A DNA stretch of 51,667 nt from Patescibacteria group bacterium (GTDB lineage: Bacteria > Patescibacteriota > CPR2 > UBA1875 > JAMCYV01). The stretch spans positions 1 through 51,667 of the forward strand of contig JAMCYV010000025.1 of NCBI GenBank assembly GCA_023473595.1, written 5' to 3'. Of the stretch, positions 45,203 through 51,667 are shown piece by piece. Position 1 is the stretch's first letter. Every line of letters starts with the position of its first letter. The position numbers and the translations under genes were made by a program. Below the pieces are notes generated by a model. That model did not search any database. It worked only from the letters and a program-made list of their open reading frames with translations, and was not told where the DNA came from.

Positions 45203-45454
45203 ATGGCGGAAGAAAAAGGAAAAATGACTGTTGAAGAAGCCGGTAAAAAAGGCGGACAAATGACAAGCTCAACCCACGGAAAAGACTTTTATTCTGAAAT
45301 TGGAAGAAAAGGCGGACAGAGGGGAGGTCGCAAAGGTGGCGAAACAACAAGTAAAAGATATGGTCACGATTTTTATTCTGAAATCGGGCATAAAGGCGGC
45401 CAAAGAGTCCGGGAGCTAATCAGCGAAGGCAAAGAAACTGAGATAGAAGAATAG
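45203..45454 (+). CDS. KGG-repeat general stress protein (GsiB/YciG-like), four repeats
   Basis: GGAAGGAGG lies upstream. Repeats of the form KKGGQMTSSTHGKDFYSEIG... Confidence 0.8.
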   Translation: MAEEKGKMTVEEAGKKGGQMTSSTHGKDFYSEIGRKGGQRGGRKGGETTSKRYGHDFYSEIGHKGGQRVRELISEGKETEIEE

Positions 45455-45461
45455 GATTCAA

Positions 45462-45496
45462 AAAGGAAATGGAGTCTAAAAGGCTCCCTTTCCTTT
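45462..45496. terminator. Bidirectional hairpin terminator between convergent genes
   Basis: aaaggaaatggag...ctccctttccttt forms a roughly 13-bp stem with one mismatch. It is flanked by A and T runs. Confidence 0.7.
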
Positions 45497-45503
45497 TTGA
45501 ATT

Positions 45504-47420
45504 TTAGAAATTTTTCAAAAATTGAGCAGTGTCTTCTTGCTCTTTCAGGGCCTCTTTAGCCGCCTTTTCAATAGGAATAAAAAATTGTGTCAGGCCGGCG
45601 TCGTCTTCAATAAGCGGTATTTTCTTCAAGGAATCTTTGGATATTTTTATATGTTTAAGGACAGTTTCGCACATTTTAGAAACCGTCTTCTCCCAGAAAA
45701 TCTTTTGGAGAGAAAAAAGATCTTTATCTAAGCAAATTATCCTTTTATTATTTGATTTCATCCATTCTTTGATTAAAGGGACAGAAGCGCTGTTTAAATG
45801 TCCCTTCTTAAGGTCCTTTTCCCAGTCATGCATATCATCATTTATTTGGCGGGCGATAATGTAATTTTTTAACCATTTCGAGGTATTTTTTACCTCCTTT
45901 GAATTTTTGCCATAACCTAAAGAAAGAAGGATTGCAAGGGGCCCCAGTCCATGGCCAAGCGATTTTTCAGCCAAGATAGAATAGTCTTTATAATTTGGGA
46001 GCCTCTTTGGCAAAGTTAGGACTCCTTCTTTCAAATGAGTTCGGCAATTTTCTACCTCCCAAAGATTAGCAAAGTCTATTTTATCCATAATGCCTTTAAA
46101 AACTGGCATAAAATCTTTGTTTTCTACTGGTAAGCTGATAGAAATTACTGTTAGTTCCCTTAAGCAAATGTTTGCCAATGATAATTCCTTGGGTTTTCCT
46201 TCATCATCGAAAAAATCGTCATAAATAGTATAGGCAATCCAGCCATATAGATTAATAAGACCTAAATCGATCAGTAACTTTTTCTGTATTTTTTGTTTGT
46301 TGCCCAATGTCTGGCTGAAAAAGTAAGGCAGGAGGGCAATTTGATCGCCGAGTTCATGGGATTTTATTTCGTTTAAGGTCTTAAGGGCAATTTTTTTTAA
46401 AGCAGGCTCAAGACTTTGGAACTTTTTAGCAGCTTCTGAAAAGATTCTGTTTTTTAAATTTTCTGACTCTTCCGATTCTTTCTTTTCTACATTTGTTAAT
46501 TTTTGGTATTTTAAAAGAGCTTCTAAAAAGAAAGAAGCAGTGAGGGCCGGCGATCCACCAAAAATTTTCCTGCCGTTATGATTTGACTCAATAATCAAAG
46601 GATAAGGCTTAAAAGAACTGTTTTTTAAGAGGTATGATATGCTTTTTTCAAGTTTTTTTGCCGGATAATTTAAGTTTAGAAGCGAGCTTATGGCAAGGGA
46701 TGTGTCCAAAGGATTATTCCAATATCCATTCTTTTTCTTTTTGGCAAGATAATCTATTAATTTTTCTGAATTGCCTTTAAAAGATCTGGAAATAAAATAG
46801 ATTACCGGATACTCGGAAGCATAATAAGGAGAGGAAAATTTACCTTTCTTTACTGCTTCTTCCATTAATTTAGTTAGATTAGGGAGAATGATTTCCTCAA
46901 GGGATAAAAAATAGGCGATATTGGCATTTACCGCTAGATCAATATCTTTCCAGCTTTTTCCAGCGTTTTTTGGGACTAACCAAGTATAATAAGGGCCTCC
47001 TTCTTTTACTTCTAAATTGGTAAGGAGATTTGCTATCTTTGCAAAAATATTCCCTTTAATAAGAGAGTTTTCAGCAAGAAAAAGACCGGAAAGAGCGCAG
47101 AAAGTATCATCCAAATCATCCGGATAGGGCATAGCCTCATATTCTTTAGAATCCTTAACCCAATAATTGAAAGACCAGTTTTTGCTTCTTTCGTTTAAAA
47201 GGAATCGGACAATTTTATTGTTCATTTCTTTTAATTTTTGCTCATCAAAAGGAGCGAGGGAAGCTAAAATAAGGCTAGCCGAAAAGGTTGTTTGTCTTTT
47301 AAGGGGTTTTTGAAAATCTCTGTTTTTGGAAGCGAAATCTATAAAGCTACCATTACTTTTTTGCTGTGAGGCTAAGAACTTTATCGCTTTTTCTTTTGCT
47401 TGATTTAAGTTTTTGGCCAT
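45504..47420 (-). CDS. Fusion protein: N-terminal prenyltransferase/terpene-cyclase-like alpha/alpha toroid (DxDDT) + C-terminal isoprenoid-synthase-like domain (two DDxxD)
   Basis: The 638-aa ORF has AIKFLASQQKSNGSF-type toroid repeats. YPDDLDDTF is at residues 99-107 (nt 47103-47120), YDDFFDDEG at 400-408 (nt 46203-46220) and QINDDMHD at 525-532 (nt 45825-45839). Confidence 0.6.
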   Translation of the reverse strand: MAKNLNQAKEKAIKFLASQQKSNGSFIDFASKNRDFQKPLKRQTTFSASLILASLAPFDEQKLKEMNNKIVRFLLNERSKNWSFNYWVKDSKEYEAMPYPDDLDDTFCALSGLFLAENSLIKGNIFAKIANLLTNLEVKEGGPYYTWLVPKNAGKSWKDIDLAVNANIAYFLSLEEIILPNLTKLMEEAVKKGKFSSPYYASEYPVIYFISRSFKGNSEKLIDYLAKKKKNGYWNNPLDTSLAISSLLNLNYPAKKLEKSISYLLKNSSFKPYPLIIESNHNGRKIFGGSPALTASFFLEALLKYQKLTNVEKKESEESENLKNRIFSEAAKKFQSLEPALKKIALKTLNEIKSHELGDQIALLPYFFSQTLGNKQKIQKKLLIDLGLINLYGWIAYTIYDDFFDDEGKPKELSLANICLRELTVISISLPVENKDFMPVFKGIMDKIDFANLWEVENCRTHLKEGVLTLPKRLPNYKDYSILAEKSLGHGLGPLAILLSLGYGKNSKEVKNTSKWLKNYIIARQINDDMHDWEKDLKKGHLNSASVPLIKEWMKSNNKRIICLDKDLFSLQKIFWEKTVSKMCETVLKHIKISKDSLKKIPLIEDDAGLTQFFIPIEKAAKEALKEQEDTAQFLKNF

Positions 47421-48822
47421 TTTTCTTTATTAATTCCTTTTTCATTGGAAGCTCAATCTTAAAAACAGTTCCTTCTTCTTTATTGCTTTTTGCGGCGATA
47501 GTTCCAGAAAAGTCTTTTTCAATAATATTTTTAGTCATTGCTAGTCCGATGCCCATTCCTTTGCTTAAGTCTTTAGTAGTAAAGAAGGGATTAAAAATTT
47601 TCTCCAAATTTTTTTCCGGTATCCCTTGGCCAAAATCACAAACTTCCAAATTAATTTTATTTTTGGCTTTATAAAGTTTTATTTGGACGGTTTTTCCAAG
47701 CGAGCTTTTATGATAGGCATCGATGGCATTCGTTAAAAGATTAGTTATCGCCTGATGCAATTTCAAAGGATTGCCGAAGATTTTTATTCTCTCACCTTCG
47801 TTAAAAATCAATTTGACATTGGCTTTTCTCGCTTTATAAGAAAGAATTTGAATAGCTTGTTCGACTTCCTTGTTGATTAAAAAGTAAGTATTTATTTCTG
47901 TCTGCTGAACTTGTTTGCGTACAGCACTTATGAAGCTCTCCATCTTTTTTGTCGCTTGCAGAGCGAGTTTTAAATGAGGCTTAATGCTCTCGATTCTTTT
48001 GGAATCTTCTTGCCTCATTTGTTCGAGATTTAGAGAGACGGCTGACAAGGGATTTACTAGATCGTGAAAAATTCCGGAGGCTAGCCACCCGAATTCGGCA
48101 AAGTGGGCCATCTGGGCCATCTTTTCAAGCTGGGTTTTCTGAAGTTCTTTGGTTCTTTTTATAACCCTAATCTCTAAGAGGTCTCTTTCTTTCTTTAAAG
48201 CGGCTTCCGACTGGTGGGCCCTTTTCAAGGATTTTTCTATTTCCCTGTTGTATAGCCAAGAAATAACCGTGATAATTGACAAGGTAATGACAGCGACGAT
48301 AACATCGCTAAAATCAGCGCTTCTGTTCCGCCAATAAGCGTCAGGATGATAGATAGAGATTGATTGGAGATATGACAAAATCAAACAATAGACAGAAATA
48401 GTAAAAGTAGTAATGACTGCTAACCGAGTGCCCATAAGTATGCCGGACATAACGATAATTAAAGAGTAAGTGATAAAGGCTTGAGGAAGGTCGGGACCCC
48501 AGACAAAAACGGTATAAGAGATAGGAGCTGTAAACATAAAGATCAGGATGTAACAGGCCCAGTCAATTTTTCCCTTCTTAGAAAGCCGGTAGAGAAAAAC
48601 TAATATCCCGATAATTATAAGAGCGATCCGAGCGGGGATGCCGGGTACATGATGGAATCTGACAACATCAACAATAATCCTTAAAAGAGCAGCCGAAGCG
48701 AGGATAATTGTGCTTAATAAAATAACGTTTAGGATAAATTCACGACGCCTAATATCCTCCTTCTTTGAGCGAGGCTCTACTAATTTCCTAATCAGTTTTC
48801 TTGTTGGTAAAGGTATTTTCAA
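47353..48822 (-). CDS. Sensor histidine kinase with six-TM sensor region
   Basis: About six TM helices lie in the first 190 aa, with no large loop. H-box FHDLVNPLS, N-box LLTNAIDA, G1 DFGQGI, G2 GMGIGLAM. TTG start. The 3' end overlaps the next gene by 68 nt. Confidence 0.88.
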   Translation of the reverse strand: MKIPLPTRKLIRKLVEPRSKKEDIRRREFILNVILLSTIILASAALLRIIVDVVRFHHVPGIPARIALIIIGILVFLYRLSKKGKIDWACYILIFMFTAPISYTVFVWGPDLPQAFITYSLIIVMSGILMGTRLAVITTFTISVYCLILSYLQSISIYHPDAYWRNRSADFSDVIVAVITLSIITVISWLYNREIEKSLKRAHQSEAALKKERDLLEIRVIKRTKELQKTQLEKMAQMAHFAEFGWLASGIFHDLVNPLSAVSLNLEQMRQEDSKRIESIKPHLKLALQATKKMESFISAVRKQVQQTEINTYFLINKEVEQAIQILSYKARKANVKLIFNEGERIKIFGNPLKLHQAITNLLTNAIDAYHKSSLGKTVQIKLYKAKNKINLEVCDFGQGIPEKNLEKIFNPFFTTKDLSKGMGIGLAMTKNIIEKDFSGTIAAKSNKEEGTVFKIELPMKKELIKKNGQKLKSSKRKSDKVLSLTAKK

Positions 48823-48838
48823 ATCTTAAGGCTTATTG

Positions 48839-48955
48839 TTACTTCTTCCAACCCCAGGGAGAAGCAACAACGGCAGAAGATACGGTGAATGCCTCAAGAG
48901 TTTTATGATCGCGGGCTCTTTTGTCAGTAAGGACTTTTTCGAGCACTTTTTTCAT
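48839..48955 (-). CDS. Small peptide ORF (38 aa), candidate signalling-peptide/RiPP precursor; not in the ORF track
   Basis: AAGGAGGG lies 4 nt upstream of the ATG. Sequence: MKKVLEKVLTDKRARDHKTLEAFTVSSAVVASPWGWKK. Its stop is 16 nt before the HK start. Confidence 0.5.
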   Translation of the reverse strand: MKKVLEKVLTDKRARDHKTLEAFTVSSAVVASPWGWKK

Positions 48956-49032
48956 AAATCCCTCCTTTTTATTATTAGTTCTCCCTTTACTTTAAATTAT
49001 AAGTTGTTAAAGAAAAATTAAGAAAAGATAAA

Positions 49033-49713
49033 CTATTTGGCCAAGTCCAACTTATAGCCTCGTCCGGGGATAGTATATAAAAGCTTTACTTGATTTTTTA
49101 AATGGATTTTCCGCCTCAAATTGGAAACATGGACCTCGATTGCGTTTGAGAAAAGATCGGCATTCATATCCCAGACATGCTCCATAATCATTCCTCTCGT
49201 TACAACGTTTCCTTTATTTCGCATAAGGTATTCCAAAAGCTCATATTCCTTTAAGGTAAGGTAAATTTTTTTATCGCCTCTTTTAAAGATTTGCTTTTTA
49301 GTGTCCAAAACTAAATTATCAATTTTTAAAATATCTCCCTTAGCTTCCTTCGGCCTTCTAAGAAGCGCTCTTATCCTTGCCAGAAGTTCGGCAAAAGAGA
49401 ATGGCTTGGTTAAGTAATCATCGGCTCCGGTATTTAAAAAATCAACTTTGGTAGCGGATTCCGAAACGACAGAGAGCATTAGTATCGGCATATTCTGGCC
49501 GTCTTCTCGGATCTCTTTTAAGACCAAAAGCCCGTCTTTCTCCGGTAAATTCTTATCCAAGATAATGAGGTCATATTCGTTGGTGCAGGCATAATAAACG
49601 CCCTTTTCGCCATCGGTGGCGGTGTCTACTTCGAAGCATTCCGCTTCTAGCATATTTTTCAAAGATTTATTTAAGACTTTATCGTCATCAATGATTAAGA
49701 TGCGCATTTTCAC
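49033..49713 (-). CDS. OmpR-family response regulator (receiver + winged helix)
   Basis: ILIIDDD, DLIILDKNLP, LTKPF, LTLKEYELLEYLMRN...GRGYKL. Confidence 0.92.
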   Translation of the reverse strand: MKMRILIIDDDKVLNKSLKNMLEAECFEVDTATDGEKGVYYACTNEYDLIILDKNLPEKDGLLVLKEIREDGQNMPILMLSVVSESATKVDFLNTGADDYLTKPFSFAELLARIRALLRRPKEAKGDILKIDNLVLDTKKQIFKRGDKKIYLTLKEYELLEYLMRNKGNVVTRGMIMEHVWDMNADLFSNAIEVHVSNLRRKIHLKNQVKLLYTIPGRGYKLDLAK

Positions 49714-49790
49714 CTCCTTGCTTCTATATGATAATTGAATTTGTTCTTATGGTAAATGTTTTGGCTTAGGAAAATAGTAAATATGCAAGA

Positions 49791-50516
49791 TCAGATCGGT
49801 AATCTTTTCTTCCTCCAAAAAAGAAGGTAGGTGATAGGTCCGATTAAAATAATTGAAATAACGTAAGTTCCGGAGCCAGCTGTTTTAAAAGTAGTACCGA
49901 CAACTGCTTGAGTTAACAAATAGGCAATGATAATAACATTAAAAATCTGGTTTTCTTTTACAAGCGGAAATTCAGACTTTGTCTGGCGATCCCAATAAAA
50001 AAGACCCGTAAAAATTAAGATTAAAAGAAGGACAAAGCCGCCGGCCGGATTATTCAGGGGCCCGAGCTGGCTTTGCCAGAAAAGAAGAAGAGTCAGAAAC
50101 AAAGCTAAAAAGACAAAAAACGGCCATTTGCTGCCTAATTTTTCTTCTTTTCTAGGAAGGAATTTACCGCCGAAGTAGAAAGGGAGAACGGTCGCCATTA
50201 GCCCCCAAGCAATAATCTGGACGGCGACAATAAACCAGTTAATTCCTAAAAAAAGCGGAGGAGCGGCGTAAAAACTGCGGTGAAGGAAACCCTCGACTAC
50301 AAAGCCGAAAATGGCGCCGGCTAAGAAAAGCTGGCGGTCAGTTAGTTTAAAGGTTCTTATAGCGTTTTCGAGAGTTAAAATATATAAAAAATAGAAAAGA
50401 ATTAAAACCCCCTGGGTGAGAAGCGTCGGTCCATGGGCAAAATACTCGCCGTTTAGAAAGATCGCAAGAGCCGTGATCAATAGTATTCTTAGAAATGAAC
50501 GCAATTTGCCTTGCAT
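49791..50516 (-). CDS. Polytopic membrane protein, unknown function
   Basis: 241-aa ORF with about seven hydrophobic helices. Confidence 0.55.
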   Translation of the reverse strand: MQGKLRSFLRILLITALAIFLNGEYFAHGPTLLTQGVLILFYFLYILTLENAIRTFKLTDRQLFLAGAIFGFVVEGFLHRSFYAAPPLFLGINWFIVAVQIIAWGLMATVLPFYFGGKFLPRKEEKLGSKWPFFVFLALFLTLLLFWQSQLGPLNNPAGGFVLLLILIFTGLFYWDRQTKSEFPLVKENQIFNVIIIAYLLTQAVVGTTFKTAGSGTYVISIILIGPITYLLFWRKKRLPI

Positions 50517-50531
50517 AATTCAATTATAGCA

Positions 50532-50858
50532 TTAGTGAGATACAAAGAATTCGCCGATAAGGAGTATAACAAACAAAGTCCCTATGGCAATGGACGGGTA
50601 AATTAAAAGAGCTCTTTCCTTTTGTTTAATAAAAGCGACCATTCCTGTAACAAATGCGGAAATACCGCAAGCCATACCAGTTAGCATTGAAAGGGAAAGG
50701 AACGGCCTTACAGTAATATCTTCTAAAATAGCCCCGGCCGGTACAGACTTATATAAAGTATTTGCCAAAAGTCCGCCGGTAAAAAATAATACCGGCATTG
50801 CGATGATGAGTAATATCGACCACTTGCCCAGTTTGCTCTTAGGGAAAATAGTTGCCAT
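50532..50858 (-). CDS. Small membrane protein (3 TM)
   Basis: 108-aa hydrophobic ORF, co-oriented with 49791..50516. Confidence 0.5.
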   Translation of the reverse strand: MATIFPKSKLGKWSILLIIAMPVLFFTGGLLANTLYKSVPAGAILEDITVRPFLSLSMLTGMACGISAFVTGMVAFIKQKERALLIYPSIAIGTLFVILLIGEFFVSH

Positions 50859-50956
50859 AAGATAATTATAGCATTATTCATTTAAATGATTAAAAAGCGA
50901 AAAGCGCCTCACCGGATAATATCCGTATATTGGCGCTTAAGGCGGTCGTTGGGCAG

Positions 50957-51202
50957 CTAGCTCATGAGATAGCTGGCATAGGCGCGCTCTATTAGCGCGC
51001 GTTCGCTTGGGCTCATTTGAATCCTATAGTATGAGCCTCGAAGCAGCTCTCCGACTACCTCGCGAGCTCGGTTTTCAGTCCCTTTCGCGCTTGGCGAATC
51101 GAAGATCAAATGATCCCTTTCGGCTTGGTCCAGCAAGCTGTCTATGAGGTGACCAGGGAGACCAGCATTCCCCGCCGCCTCTCTGATTTCAGAGGTGCAC
51201 AT
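50957..51202 (-). CDS. Hypothetical protein, G+C-rich, paralog of 51214..51456
   Basis: AAGGAG lies 5 nt upstream. It shares A(A/G)xAG(V/L)PxHLI...L..AE.DH..F.S.S......RA.E.V..L and a C-terminal Y(L/F)MS with its neighbour. Confidence 0.55.
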   Translation of the reverse strand: MCTSEIREAAGNAGLPGHLIDSLLDQAERDHLIFDSPSAKGTENRAREVVGELLRGSYYRIQMSPSERALIERAYASYLMS

Positions 51203-51213
51203 TATCGCTCCTT

Positions 51214-51456
51214 TCAGCTCATAAAGTAGTGCTGAAGCTCACAGACGATTGTCATGTGAGCATCAGGGCCCATCGAGATGCCGGCCGTGATAAGTCTCTG
51301 GACTGCTTCTTGGGCACGACTGTTTGCAGGTGCTTCCGACTCGGAACCGAAGAAGGAGTGATCAGACTCAGCGTTGCTAAGCATCTTTTCGATCAAGTGC
51401 TCGGGGACTCCGGCGGCTTCTGCTGCCGCTCTGACTTTCTTCAAACTGCCTTCCAT
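51214..51456 (-). CDS. Hypothetical protein, G+C-rich, paralog of 50957..51202
   Basis: The start was moved to the internal ATG (MEGSLKK...), which lies 6 nt after GAGGAGGA. The ORF track extends it to 51522. Confidence 0.55.
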   Translation of the reverse strand: MEGSLKKVRAAAEAAGVPEHLIEKMLSNAESDHSFFGSESEAPANSRAQEAVQRLITAGISMGPDAHMTIVCELQHYFMS

Positions 51457-51603
51457 TTCTAATCCTCCTCTGTAGGAATAACTGATTTCGCTTATTATAT
51501 AATAATTTTTATGCTTTGTCAATCTTTCTTAAATCGGTCTTATCCAGGGTCCAGACATCTTGGACACTTTTAGCTGAATCATTAAGAATGGAAGGAGTTA
51601 AAA

Positions 51604-51667
51604 GTGGATATCAAGATGACAGAAAAGCAATTAAAGATCTATGGAGCAAGACTTAGATTAGCTTGGT
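51604..51667 (+). CDS. Partial CDS running off the window edge (possible HTH protein)
   Basis: GGAG lies 6 nt upstream of GTG 51604. It reads VDIKMTEKQLKIYGARLRLAW... before truncation. Confidence 0.3.
   Translation, partial: MDIKMTEKQLKIYGARLRLAW

Noticed and set aside
44450-45350. Four minus-strand ORFs of 65-85 aa (44450..44653, 44626..44856, 44926..45123, 45093..45350).
   Set aside because: They are antisense to four plus-strand KGG/GsiB-like genes, which have strong SD sequences and a recognisable repeat motif. Open antisense frames are expected from the biased repeat composition.
48836-49021. A 61-aa plus-strand ORF between the response regulator and kinase genes.
   Set aside because: It has a TTG start, no SD and a low-complexity sequence. 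It is antisense to an operon and to a minus-strand small ORF with a near-perfect SD.

Overview
This is an AT-rich, gene-dense bacterial window with short, often overlapping genes. Many small membrane-anchored secreted proteins, a type IV pilus cluster and minimal metabolism fit a CPR/Patescibacteria-like genome, but that placement is an inference from gene content. The standard genetic code applies, because TGA terminates well-defined genes. Content from left to right:
- Two ABC exporter modules, one of them behind an ECF sigma/anti-sigma pair with a frameshifted MacB-type permease.
- A GNAT-CapA pair and three tandem paralogous secreted-protein genes.
- A patchwork accessory stretch (about 11-26 kb) of small genes, several visibly richer in G+C than their surroundings: MazG-like x2, TspO, SdpI, ASCH, PEBP, an orphan histidine kinase, DHH phosphoesterase, DUF763, PHP, PspC and DUF488.
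- Cell-envelope genes: GT2, polysaccharide deacetylase and GalU.
- A type IV pilus cluster of pilT-pilC-pilin-pilD plus four minor pilin or PilX-like genes, interrupted by a four-helix-bundle (rRNA-IVS-type) gene.
- A XerC/D-like recombinase, then a tightly coupled uppP-dedA-dedA-M16-ndk operon.
- tRNA-Arg(CCU) and four tandem GsiB/KGG-type stress-protein genes.

The most interesting locus is 45.5-49.7 kb on the minus strand. It encodes an OmpR-type response regulator, an unannotated 38-aa peptide ORF with a strong SD ending ...SPWGWKK, a six-TM histidine kinase, and a 638-aa fusion. That fusion joins an alpha/alpha-toroid (terpene cyclase/prenyltransferase-like) domain carrying a DxDDT motif to an isoprenoid-synthase-like domain carrying two DDxxD motifs. 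The component set resembles the Bacillus ComQXPA prenylated-peptide pheromone system, or a prenylated RiPP locus. This reading is speculative.

A family of palindromic GTCATYCYGG-type hairpin elements occurs in intergenic DNA. It also occurs in frame inside pilD and the recombinase gene. No CRISPR array, rRNA gene or transposase was seen.
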